Assembly (NCBI GenBank): GCA_013368795.1
Contig: JABFXX010000065.1
Coordinates: 2,566 to 66,565 of the forward strand
DNA: 64,000 nt
Direction of reading: 5' to 3'
DNA from: Kofleriaceae bacterium
GTDB taxonomy: Bacteria; Myxococcota_A; Polyangia; Haliangiales; Haliangiaceae
Positions 1-8,374 of this stretch are shown one piece after another; the stretch's first letter is position 1; every line of letters starts with the position of its first letter. The notes under the pieces were generated by a model. The model saw only the letters and a list, made by a program, of their open reading frames with translations, searched no databases and had not been told where the DNA came from. A program made the position numbers and the translations under genes.

Positions 1-51
1 TTAGGCCGTTCGGGCTTGACGCCGGACCAATCGCGAATCATAAATTCGCGT

Positions 52-1458
52 ATGAACCAGCGTGACATTGCCCGGCTCGACGCGACCGCACAGGCCGAGC
101 TCGTCGCTCGAGGCGAGCTGACGGCCGCCGAGCTGCTCGACGCAGCTGAAGATCGCGTGAACCGGCTCGAGCCGCTGCTTCACACGATGGCCACCGTCGA
201 CTTCGAGCGTGCGCGCGCCAGGCGTCCGGCCAAGGGTCCGTTTCACGGCGTGCCGTTTCTGCTCAAGGACACGACGCCGTACCCGGGCCTGCGCTGGGCG
301 CTCGGCACGCGGCTCATGCGTCGCAACACAGCCGCGCCGCCGACTCCGTTCGGTGCGCGCGTCGATGCCGCTGGCCTGGTCGTGATCGGCAAGAGCGCGA
401 TGAGCGAGATGGGCCTGCTCGGTTCGACGGAGACGCTTGCCGAGGGCATCACGCACAACCCGTGGGACCTGTCGCGCTCGGCAACCGGCTCGTCGGGTGG
501 CTCCGCGGCGGCGGTCGCGGCCGGGCTCGTGCCGCTCGCGCACGCGAACGACGGCGGCGGATCGATCCGCATTCCTGCATGCGCGAACGGCGTGTTCGGG
601 TTCAAGCCGTCGCGTGGCCGCACGGTGACCGCGCTCGTCGGTCAGTCGGACTTCGGCGACATGACGAGCGATGGTTGCGTGAGCCGATCGGTGCGCGACA
701 CGGCGCGGTTCCTCGCGCTCGCCGAGGACGAGGTCAGCGCCTACCGGATGGGCTTCGTCGCGGGGCCCGACAAGCGCAGGCTCCGGATCGGCACGTGGAC
801 CCAGACGTTCGACGGACGCGAGCCGGAACCCGAGGTCAAGCGCGCGCACGACGCAGCGGTCGCGCTCGTGACCGAGCTCGGCCATCAGGTGGAGGAAGCG
901 AAGCCTCCCGTCTTCGACGCCGAGCCGCTCGGTGATGCGTTCTTCCTCGTCGCGGGCGCTGCCGTCGCCGGCCTCGTCGAGATGGCGGGTGGCATGCGCG
1001 GAAAGCTCGTGCGCGACGACGAGCTCGAGCCATTCTCGTGGGCACTCGCCCGACGCGCGATGGAGCGAGGCCCCGCCGGGCTCGCTGCGGCACGCGACGA
1101 GCTCGCGAAGGCCGCACGCGCATATCTCGAGGCCGTCAGTGGCTACGACGTGATCCTCACGCCGGTGCTCGCGACGCAGACGTGGCGCATCGGCCACCTC
1201 TCGCCGCTCGTTCCTGCCGACGAGCTGATCCGCCGCACCGCCGAGACCGTCGGCTACACGCCGATCCAGAACATCGCAGGTGCGCCCGCGATGTCCGTGC
1301 CGCTGCACACGAGCCGCGACGGCCTGCCGATCGGCGCGCACTTTGCCGCCAAGCCGGGCGACGACGCGATCCTGCTCGCACTCGCGTACGAGCTCGAGGG
1401 CGCACGCCCGTGGGCCGATCGCTGGCCCGCGATCTCCGCACCGATGTTGATGAGCTGA
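52..1458 (+). CDS. Amidase-signature family amidohydrolase
   Basis: ORF 16..1458. Gly/Ser-rich amidase signature 'GKSAMSEMGLLGS...GSSGGSAAAVAAG...DGGGSIRIPA'. ATG at 52 (MNQRDIARLDA) preferred over the ORF-opening codon at 16. Confidence 0.85.
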   Translation: MNQRDIARLDATAQAELVARGELTAAELLDAAEDRVNRLEPLLHTMATVDFERARARRPAKGPFHGVPFLLKDTTPYPGLRWALGTRLMRRNTAAPPTPFGARVDAAGLVVIGKSAMSEMGLLGSTETLAEGITHNPWDLSRSATGSSGGSAAAVAAGLVPLAHANDGGGSIRIPACANGVFGFKPSRGRTVTALVGQSDFGDMTSDGCVSRSVRDTARFLALAEDEVSAYRMGFVAGPDKRRLRIGTWTQTFDGREPEPEVKRAHDAAVALVTELGHQVEEAKPPVFDAEPLGDAFFLVAGAAVAGLVEMAGGMRGKLVRDDELEPFSWALARRAMERGPAGLAAARDELAKAARAYLEAVSGYDVILTPVLATQTWRIGHLSPLVPADELIRRTAETVGYTPIQNIAGAPAMSVPLHTSRDGLPIGAHFAAKPGDDAILLALAYELEGARPWADRWPAISAPMLMS

Positions 1459-1463
1459 CGGTC

Positions 1464-2081
1464 ATGCCGCAGGTCCTCAAAGATGAGGTACGCACGCGCA
1501 TCCTCGACGGTGCGCTCGAGGTCTTCGCACGCGACGGCTTCGAAGCGGCGACGATGGCAAGCATCGCGACCGCCGCAGGCGTCGGTGCCGCGAGCATCTA
1601 TCGCTACTACGAGAGCAAGGACGAGCTGTTCGCCGCGATCATCACGCCCGAGCTGACGAAGCGGTTCGAATCGCTGCTCGAGCGCCGGGTCAGCGCACTC
1701 GCGCGCAACGCGCTTCGCGGTGCGTCTGCCGACGATGCCGGCGGCGAGATGCTGACGTTCTGGCTCGAGCACAGGCTCGCCGTCGTGGTCCTGCTCGACC
1801 GAGCCGCCGGCACACCGCACGCGCACTACGGCGAGCGGTTCGTCGAGCTGCTCGTGAAGCACTCGCTCGCCGAGCTGCGCGTTGCCCACGATGGCATCGC
1901 GATCACCGCGCGCGCTCGCTTTGTTCTGAACGCCGTGTTCGACAACACGCGCCGGATCCTCGCGAGCATCCTCGCGGCGCACGACAAGCCCGCCGATCTT
2001 CGCGAAGCCATCGAGACGTTCTGGAGCTATCAGATCGCCGGCCTGCGCGGACTCAGCGAACACCTCGCCGCCGCTCGCTGA
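1464..2081 (+). CDS. TetR-family transcriptional regulator
   Basis: Internal ATG of ORF 1038..2081, 5 nt after the amidase stop. N-terminal HTH 'FEAATMASIATAAGVGAASIYRYYESKDELF'. Confidence 0.85.
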   Translation: MPQVLKDEVRTRILDGALEVFARDGFEAATMASIATAAGVGAASIYRYYESKDELFAAIITPELTKRFESLLERRVSALARNALRGASADDAGGEMLTFWLEHRLAVVVLLDRAAGTPHAHYGERFVELLVKHSLAELRVAHDGIAITARARFVLNAVFDNTRRILASILAAHDKPADLREAIETFWSYQIAGLRGLSEHLAAAR

Positions 2082-2099
2082 GCGGCCTCGCTCCCGCGA

Positions 2100-2438
2100 T
2101 CACATGCCGGGAATCGGCGTGATCTCGACGATCTCGATCCAGCCATCGGGCATCATGAAGTGCGGGTGCTCCTTCATGGTCGCAGCGAGCGCTTCCTTGG
2201 ATTCGGCCTGCATGATCGAGTACCCGGCCAGATCGCTCGCGCTCGCGGCGGTCGCGCCGCCTTTCGACACCCGCACCGCGTCTCCCACCGGCGACCCCAG
2301 ATCGACGAACGAACCCGCTGCTTGATTGCTCCAGGCCATCCATGCATCGATGCCGGCCATCTGCTGTTCGTGCGACGCGGTCATCATTTGCTCGAGGCTC
2401 GACTGCGATGCTTTGTAGAGGACGAGGAATCTCTTCAT
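2100..2438 (-). CDS. Small conserved protein, unknown function (alpha+beta, YCII/EthD-like by eye)
   Basis: 112 aa from 'MKRFLVLYKASQSS...' inside ORF 2100..2561. GC3-rich frame. No diagnostic catalytic motif. Confidence 0.55.
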   Translation of the reverse strand: MKRFLVLYKASQSSLEQMMTASHEQQMAGIDAWMAWSNQAAGSFVDLGSPVGDAVRVSKGGATAASASDLAGYSIMQAESKEALAATMKEHPHFMMPDGWIEIVEITPIPGM

Positions 2439-3384
2439 GACGCGCAGGTATGGCGGATCCGTTCGGCCTCGTCGAGATCCGGAGCTGTCATTCACGCTGC
2501 GCCCGGTCGTGCCGTTTCGGCTGGATCTGACCGCGTGGGCACTGCAGCGGCGTGCGAACAACGAGATCGATCGCTGGGACGGCCACGCCTACGAGCGAGC
2601 GTTCGTGGTCGACGGGCGTGCGCTCGACGTCTCGGTCACCCAGGGCAGCGCTCCCGTGCTTCGCGTCATCGTGCGAGGCGAGACAGCTCGGTCCTCTCGC
2701 AAGGCGGTCACCTCGATCCTGCGCCGCGTGCTCGGACTGCAGATCGATCTGGCGGGCTTCTATCGCCTCGCGCATCGCGATCGTCACCTCGAATCGCTCG
2801 CGGGTCGGTTCCGCGGCCTGAAGCCGCCGCGCTTTCCCAGCGTGTTCGAGGCCGTCGTGAACGGCATCGCGTGTCAGCAGCTGAGCCTGACCGTCGGCAT
2901 CCTCCTGCTCGGCCGCTTGTCTCGTCTGTGCGGGCTTCCGTCGCCGACCGGCGCACACGCATTTCCTCGACCGAGCGACATCACAGCGCTCCGTCCCGCC
3001 CAGCTGCGCACACTCGGCTTCAATCACAACAAGGCGCGTGCGCTACTCGAGGTCTCACATGCGGTCGAGGACGGCTTCGATCTCGAAGCGCTCGCCGACC
3101 TGGACAACGACGCGGTCGTCGAACGGCTCGTCTCACTGCGCGGCATCGGCCGGTGGACCGCGGAGTACGTGCTGCTCCGTGGGCTCGGCCGGTTGACGAT
3201 GTTTCCCGGCGACGACGTCGGCGCGCGCACGAACCTCGCGCGCTGGATGAAGCTGCGCACGCCGCTCGACTACGCTCGCGTACGTCAGCTCGCGCGCCGC
3301 TGGGAGCCATATCCGGGGTTCCTGTACTTCCATCTGCTGCTGCAGGCCCTCGACGAGGCCGGTGAGCTCGACGCTCGGAGCTAG
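2437..3384 (+). CDS. alkA: DNA-3-methyladenine glycosylase II-like (AlkA / HhH-GPD superfamily)
   Basis: 315 aa. Helix-hairpin-helix plus Gly/Pro loop 'LRGIGRWTAEYVLLRGLGRLTMFPGDDVGARTNL', preceded by an AlkA-like N-terminal domain. Confidence 0.75.
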   Translation: MTRRYGGSVRPRRDPELSFTLRPVVPFRLDLTAWALQRRANNEIDRWDGHAYERAFVVDGRALDVSVTQGSAPVLRVIVRGETARSSRKAVTSILRRVLGLQIDLAGFYRLAHRDRHLESLAGRFRGLKPPRFPSVFEAVVNGIACQQLSLTVGILLLGRLSRLCGLPSPTGAHAFPRPSDITALRPAQLRTLGFNHNKARALLEVSHAVEDGFDLEALADLDNDAVVERLVSLRGIGRWTAEYVLLRGLGRLTMFPGDDVGARTNLARWMKLRTPLDYARVRQLARRWEPYPGFLYFHLLLQALDEAGELDARS

Positions 3385-3399
3385 CGCCGTCGGCTGTCA

Positions 3400-4089
3400 T
3401 CACAATGGCAACTCGTGGAGGCCCGCCTCGATGCGGTCCGCGCAGCGCGAGACATCGTCGACGAGGGACGCTGCGTCCTCCATCGCCGTCTTCATCTCGC
3501 GCGGGATCGGCGTCACCGCGGTGTCGACCGTCTTCTGCGCCTGCTGAACGCACGCGAGATCGGCACAACTGCACATGACGTCACGTGCGGCTGCGAGCGC
3601 CGACAGCTGCTGATCGAGCTTCGAATCGCCGGAAGGCCGCGGCTTCATGCGGTGGCCGTAGTAGGCGACGAGGTACGCCCGGTTGCGAGCGCGCTCGTCG
3701 ACGGAGAGAGCTGCCGGGCACTTCAGATCGGTCCGCGCGCGCATCTCGAGATCGAACGCGATCACGTTCAGCGCACAGAGTGCCGCGGTGCGTTCGCGTG
3801 CGCTCTGCGGCGCATCCGCCGTCAACTCGCTGATCAGCGATTCGAGGTTCGACAACGCGCTCTCGGTCTCGTCGACGCGCGATGGCATGCACTCGATCGC
3901 GCGACGGAGAACCCGCTTTGCGCTGTCGCAGAATGTCATCGGGTCGGCCCCGGTGACGCTCACCTCTTGCAGCGACGCGTCGCCTGGGCTCGGACGCACT
4001 TCGCTCGATGTCTTGTCGGGTTCCTTGCGCGGGCGTGACTCCTTCGAGCCGCATGCGACCACGAGCACGATGAGAGCTATTCGACGCAT
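3400..4089 (-). CDS. Lipoprotein, unknown function (helical, Cys-rich)
   Basis: Start at 'MRRIALIVLVVACGSKE' (lipobox VVAC) within ORF 3400..4218. Confidence 0.6.
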   Translation of the reverse strand: MRRIALIVLVVACGSKESRPRKEPDKTSSEVRPSPGDASLQEVSVTGADPMTFCDSAKRVLRRAIECMPSRVDETESALSNLESLISELTADAPQSARERTAALCALNVIAFDLEMRARTDLKCPAALSVDERARNRAYLVAYYGHRMKPRPSGDSKLDQQLSALAAARDVMCSCADLACVQQAQKTVDTAVTPIPREMKTAMEDAASLVDDVSRCADRIEAGLHELPL

Positions 4090-4175
4090 CCACTCGTGCC
4101 AGCTGCGGGTCATCCTGTTGCAGACGATAAGCGAATACGGCCGCCGTCGTGCTGCTGAGCGAGACGCACGTGCGA

Positions 4176-4991
4176 TCAGCGCGCGGCAGAGCCGGCGTTG
4201 GCCTTCGGACGGGGACAACCTCGCGAACCTGAAGACATGCCGCGAGATCGGACGCAGGCATCACGCGACAGGAACCACGACTCGTTACCGACGAGGACTG
4301 CCTCATCGACACCGGGCTCGGTGCGAACCTCGACTTCGTACACGCAATACGTCGCGGACCCGATGGTCCCCCAACCTGGCTTGTCGGGATCGGGCATGGT
4401 CACGCCCGGTGCCGGGCTCCAGCTTCCTCGTCCTGTAATTCTCAGACGGACGAGATCCTCGTCTCGCGTCAGCGCGTACGAGAATCCGTACATGCGACCT
4501 GCGGCATCAGCGGAGGCGGCACTCAGGCGACCTTGGACAACCCTCGCTCGGGTGACGTCATCGCCAGCGGTACCGAGCTCACCTCGTGCAACGTCCGGCT
4601 GGCTGCCTTCATCGTCGGTGGCGCTTTCATCGAGCTGACCTCGCGCAACGTCCGGCTGGGTGCCTTCATCGCCGGTGACGCTTGCATCGAGCTGACCTCG
4701 CGCACCGCTCGCCTGATCGCGTTCCTCGCCTTCGTTCTCGTCGACATCTTCGGCGGCGTCGGCATCGCCCTCGTCAACGCCGGTGAGGTCGAGCTCGTGA
4801 TCGCCGGGGTCGGCGCGCCACTCCTCGCAGCCGGCACCGAGTCCGTAGAGCGACTTGCCGTGCTCCAGGATATCGACGAACCGCTCCACCGGTGTGGGAC
4901 GCGCGTTCGGCAGTCGCTTCGTCGAAGCGCCGCACGAGGCCGCAATGACCGCAGCCGCCAAGGTCATACGCGAGCTCATCGGGATTCGCAT
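4176..4991 (-). CDS. Lipoprotein with acidic 19-aa tandem repeats
   Basis: ORF 4176..5024. Signal/lipobox 'MTLAAAVIAASCGAS'. Repeats 'GQLD(A/E)S(V/A)T(G/D)DEG(T/S)QPDVAR'. Start may be 4991 or 4979. Confidence 0.6.
   Translation of the reverse strand: MRIPMSSRMTLAAAVIAASCGASTKRLPNARPTPVERFVDILEHGKSLYGLGAGCEEWRADPGDHELDLTGVDEGDADAAEDVDENEGEERDQASGARGQLDASVTGDEGTQPDVARGQLDESATDDEGSQPDVARGELGTAGDDVTRARVVQGRLSAASADAAGRMYGFSYALTRDEDLVRLRITGRGSWSPAPGVTMPDPDKPGWGTIGSATYCVYEVEVRTEPGVDEAVLVGNESWFLSRDACVRSRGMSSGSRGCPRPKANAGSAAR
4575..4718. repeat. 57-bp tandem repeat (about 2.5 copies) inside the lipoprotein gene
   Basis: Copies at 4575-4631 and 4632-4688, plus a partial copy from 4689. Period 57 nt = 19 codons, so in frame. 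Confidence 0.9.
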
Positions 4992-5063
4992 CCGATGGTC
5001 CATGTGAACACGATGTTCCGACAAGGGCCGGGATGCGCGTGTTGCATGCCCGTATTCCAGCGA

Positions 5064-5783
5064 TCACCTCGGCATACATACGCTGGGGTCGAGCGAGCCC
5101 TCGGCCGCCTTCACCGACCATTGCCGTTCCTCGTGCTTCAGCACGGCAGTGCCAGCAACAGCGCCGGCTCGCACCTGCGCGCACAACAAGTACGATTCGT
5201 CGCGCGAACAGAGTGCGTCCTCGGCGCAGCTGCGAAACCGCCTCCGGTCCTCGACGGTCACGTACGACGAGCACACGTAGACCCGGACATCGCTGCGCTC
5301 GCTGCCCGTGACGGACGATGCCCACGCTCCGTGGTCCAGCGTGCAGCGGCCGACGTCGACACCGGCCACCGAGTGGATCAGATCGCCTTTGTCGGGCGGT
5401 GGCGAGCCAAGAGAGATGGCCGTTCGACTCGGCACCGGCGTCACCGTCACCGGGATCGTCCGGCGTTCGTGGTCGCCGTAGAACGGGTACTCGAAATCGA
5501 TGACAACAATCGTCGAGCCGGGCTGCTTGCCGATCACGTGGACCTCGCCGAACGGGCGTTCGGGTTCCGGCAGCAGGACCCGCGTCTCGCAAATCGTGGC
5601 GTCGGTGCAGCGAGCCTGGAACGCGGGAACGGATGCCGGCAGGCGACCGCCGGCATGCGCTCTCATCGGGAACGCGAAGAATGCATCGGTCGGAAGCGAC
5701 ACGATCTGCTTCGGCGTGGTGACGTACCAGTCGCGTCCAGGGCACGCACACAAGAACAGGCACGTTGCCATCCAGCGCGACAT
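5064..5783 (-). CDS. Putative lipoprotein, unknown function
   Basis: 239-aa ORF. N-terminus 'MSRWMATCLFLCACPG'. Multiple Cys. Confidence 0.5.
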   Translation of the reverse strand: MSRWMATCLFLCACPGRDWYVTTPKQIVSLPTDAFFAFPMRAHAGGRLPASVPAFQARCTDATICETRVLLPEPERPFGEVHVIGKQPGSTIVVIDFEYPFYGDHERRTIPVTVTPVPSRTAISLGSPPPDKGDLIHSVAGVDVGRCTLDHGAWASSVTGSERSDVRVYVCSSYVTVEDRRRFRSCAEDALCSRDESYLLCAQVRAGAVAGTAVLKHEERQWSVKAAEGSLDPSVCMPR

Positions 5784-5880
5784 GCGAACACAACGTCCGA
5801 TGGCGCGAGCGCTTACGCCACCGGCGTCAGACCGCCGCGTCTCGACTTGATCAGCGACGGAGCAATCGCGTCGGCGCAGG

Positions 5881-5998
5881 GTTCGTCAGCGCGCACGCAC
5901 CTGTGCGGCCGCGTGGCAGCTGCGCTCCGGCGTCGCAGCGTTCGTCAGCGCGCGCTCACCTGCGCAGCGGCGTGGCAGGTGCGCTCCGGCGCAGCCTT
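5881..5998. repeat. 59-bp tandem duplication covering the 3' end and stop codon of gene 5945..6394
   Basis: Copy A 5881-5939 against copy B 5940-5998, about 44/50 identical over the first 50 nt. Both begin 'gttcgtcagcgcgc'. Confidence 0.85.
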
Positions 5999-6394
5999 GG
6001 TCTTCTTGCCGACCGCGGCGGCCGCCGGATGGAACGCCTTGCCGCGCTTGATGAAGACCTCGCCGCGATCCGGATACACGCAGCCGGTGATCGCCGCCTT
6101 CGTCCAGTTCGCTTCCTCCTCGTCACCCCAGCCCTGGCGGATATCGACCGCGAAGGTCACGAACGCCTCACCCGCGCTGTCCTGCTGCGGTTTCTCGTCG
6201 AGCATGCGCACGCGTCGCTCGGACGGCGCCGGGCGAGCACGCGAGAACTTGCCCTGATCGCGCTCCTTGGCCGCGAGCGGCTGGATGAGTCGCTGATTGA
6301 CGAGCCCGGCCGCGCTGGTCGGGGGATCAGATCCGGCCGAAGCCAGGCTCGACGTGAGGACGATGGTGACGGCGGCGAGAAGATAGTGACGCAT
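5945..6394 (-). CDS. Secreted protein, unknown function
   Basis: Start at 'MRHYLLAAVTIVLTSSLASAG' (signal peptide) within ORF 5945..6454. Confidence 0.55.
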   Translation of the reverse strand: MRHYLLAAVTIVLTSSLASAGSDPPTSAAGLVNQRLIQPLAAKERDQGKFSRARPAPSERRVRMLDEKPQQDSAGEAFVTFAVDIRQGWGDEEEANWTKAAITGCVYPDRGEVFIKRGKAFHPAAAAVGKKTKAAPERTCHAAAQVSAR

Positions 6395-7022
6395 GATTCC
6401 TCCAGGACACGTGACGAGGACCGGCGAGCCACTCGACAAGAGCGGCACAGCCAAGAACGGGTAGCCACAGGCTCACGAGATACGCGGTGTCGTGATCGAA
6501 GCCCGCGGCATCGGCGGCAAACAGCATCGCGCGCGATACGACCGCGACCGCCATCTGCGCGAGGACGTGGAGCACGAACCTGCGATGGGCGGCGTACTTC
6601 CCGGCGCGCGCAGCCCGCACGGCCTGCACCATCGCGACGACGACGATCGCGCCGGACAGCATGAAGCCGAGCGTGCCGAGGAGGCCACCCTTCGCGTAGA
6701 GCGAGAGATAGAAGCCAGACGGTGCGAGCGCGAGCACGGCGACCGCGCCGGTCAGGCGGCCGAGCCAGCGGTGAACGCTGGGAGCACGCTTCATGAGGGT
6801 GCGGGACAGCAGCAAGAGACACGCCGGCAATGCGAACGCCGCGGCGATGACATGGAGCTGCAGCAGCAGGATGTAGCGGTCCTCGTTCGGGAGCGGCAGG
6901 TCGAGCTTCTCCATCACGAACGGCGCGTACTCGTCGGCATCGAAGTAGACGCGGCTGGCGTTGGTGATAGCCGCCGAGCCCATCGCGAGGACGAGGACGA
7001 CGACGTATCGGAAGAAGCGCAT
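6327..7022 (-). CDS. Integral membrane protein (DUF2306-like)
   Basis: Start at 'MRFFRYVVVLVLAMG'. Several hydrophobic helices. 'HRWLGRLTGAVAVL' and 'HRRFVLHVLAQ' resemble DUF2306. The 3' end overlaps the next gene by 68 nt. Confidence 0.6.
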   Translation of the reverse strand: MRFFRYVVVLVLAMGSAAITNASRVYFDADEYAPFVMEKLDLPLPNEDRYILLLQLHVIAAAFALPACLLLLSRTLMKRAPSVHRWLGRLTGAVAVLALAPSGFYLSLYAKGGLLGTLGFMLSGAIVVVAMVQAVRAARAGKYAAHRRFVLHVLAQMAVAVVSRAMLFAADAAGFDHDTAYLVSLWLPVLGCAALVEWLAGPRHVSWRNHASLSSRRRHHRPHVEPGFGRI

Positions 7023-7064
7023 GCTGTTCCAACGCACGACAGGTGGAAACGGTTTCGCGATTGC

Positions 7065-7086
7065 GGTTGCAAGAATTCGTGCAACC
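7065..7086. promoter_or_regulatory. Inverted repeat GGTTGCA-N8-TGCAACC between the HEAT-repeat gene and the DUF2306-like gene
   Basis: Perfect 7-bp arms around an EcoRI-type 'gaattc' centre, in a locally lower-GC spacer. No U-tract. Confidence 0.3.
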
Positions 7087-7138
7087 ACAGCGTTCCTGGG
7101 TGTGTCTCCGCGCCCACCCGACCCGATTTCCGACGAGA

Positions 7139-8341
7139 TCAGTGGCGGTCGTCGGACAGCACCTCGCCACAGCGCTGCGCCGGCGTGCCGGTATCGAATG
7201 CACGAAATACACGGCGAGCGTTCCAGCCGATCGGCTCACGCGCGCGAACCAGCCGCTCGGCGTAGGGCAGCTGATCGATCGCGCGCTGCGCGGTGATCGC
7301 GAACATCCGCAGCATCGACGGTCCGGGCACGCGCGGATCGGTCGCCGCGATCTCGGCCGCCGCCTTCGCATCTTCGGCGTAGTAGGAGCCGTAGTGGCGC
7401 GGGTGTTTCGCGTGCAGGGAGTAGCGCGCCAGCTTGCTCTGGAGCGGTCCAGCGACCTCGGTCGGCATCGCCGCGATCAGCTCGTACGCGAACGAACGCA
7501 GTCCGAGGTCGGCGAGCTGCTCGATCGCGCGAGCGCGCCGCTGGACGTTCCACAGCGTCTCTTGCCACTCGCCGAATAGCGTCCAGTACCCGACGATGCG
7601 CTGGATCGCGCGCTTCGCGGTCCGGCGTACGTCGCCGTCACCGCCATCGGCAAGCGGCTGGAGACGCTCGACCGCGAGCGGATCACACAGCCAGCCGAGC
7701 GAACGCACTGCCTGCGCACGCGCGAACGGATGGGGATCGTCGAGCGCCTCTCGCAGCGTCGCGGCGGAGGCCTGGTGAGGAACCTGGCCGAGCGAGCGAT
7801 AGATCCGCGTCCGGATCCTGAAGCTCTCGCTGTGGTCGTGCGCGATCAGCGACGGGATGTGCTGCCCGCCGCGCCGCTTTCCCCAGCTCCAAGCATCCCA
7901 GTGTGTCGGGCGCTTCGAGATCGGTTCGTCGGTGACGAGGCCCCCGTGCCTTGCGCGGATCGCGATCGCGCGCGGCTTGGCCGTCGGGTCGAGCCACGTC
8001 GCCGCCGCCGCGGCTGCGCTCGCCTCCAACGCGTCGGCGCGTTCGGCGATCGCGAGCCATGCATCTGCGGTGTGCGCGTCCAGGTACGCCCGCCACCTCG
8101 AGGCATCGATGTATCCCGCGCGGTACGACGCGAGCGCGGCGAGCACCTGCTGGCCATGCGGCGACGCCTCGACGAGGTCGCGTCGCTCGAGCCACTTCTG
8201 CGTGACCTCGAAGTGCGCGAGGACGCCCGTCTCGTAGGTCTCGCGATCGAGCTCGTGCCGCGGGACCTGGCTTTGAAACAATCGCCAGTCACCTCGGGCT
8301 GTCCGCAGCTTCTCGTCGACCAACGCACGAAACTCGACCAC
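7139..8341 (-). CDS. HEAT-repeat-containing protein, unknown function
   Basis: 400 aa, GTG start. HEAT/PBS-lyase-like repeats 'DDPHPFARAQAVRSLGWLCDPLAVERLQPLADGGDGDVRRTAKRAI'. Confidence 0.6.
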   Translation of the reverse strand: MVEFRALVDEKLRTARGDWRLFQSQVPRHELDRETYETGVLAHFEVTQKWLERRDLVEASPHGQQVLAALASYRAGYIDASRWRAYLDAHTADAWLAIAERADALEASAAAAAATWLDPTAKPRAIAIRARHGGLVTDEPISKRPTHWDAWSWGKRRGGQHIPSLIAHDHSESFRIRTRIYRSLGQVPHQASAATLREALDDPHPFARAQAVRSLGWLCDPLAVERLQPLADGGDGDVRRTAKRAIQRIVGYWTLFGEWQETLWNVQRRARAIEQLADLGLRSFAYELIAAMPTEVAGPLQSKLARYSLHAKHPRHYGSYYAEDAKAAAEIAATDPRVPGPSMLRMFAITAQRAIDQLPYAERLVRAREPIGWNARRVFRAFDTGTPAQRCGEVLSDDRH

Positions 8342-8374
8342 GCGCCATTAGACCACGGCCGGCGGCCGCGAGCG

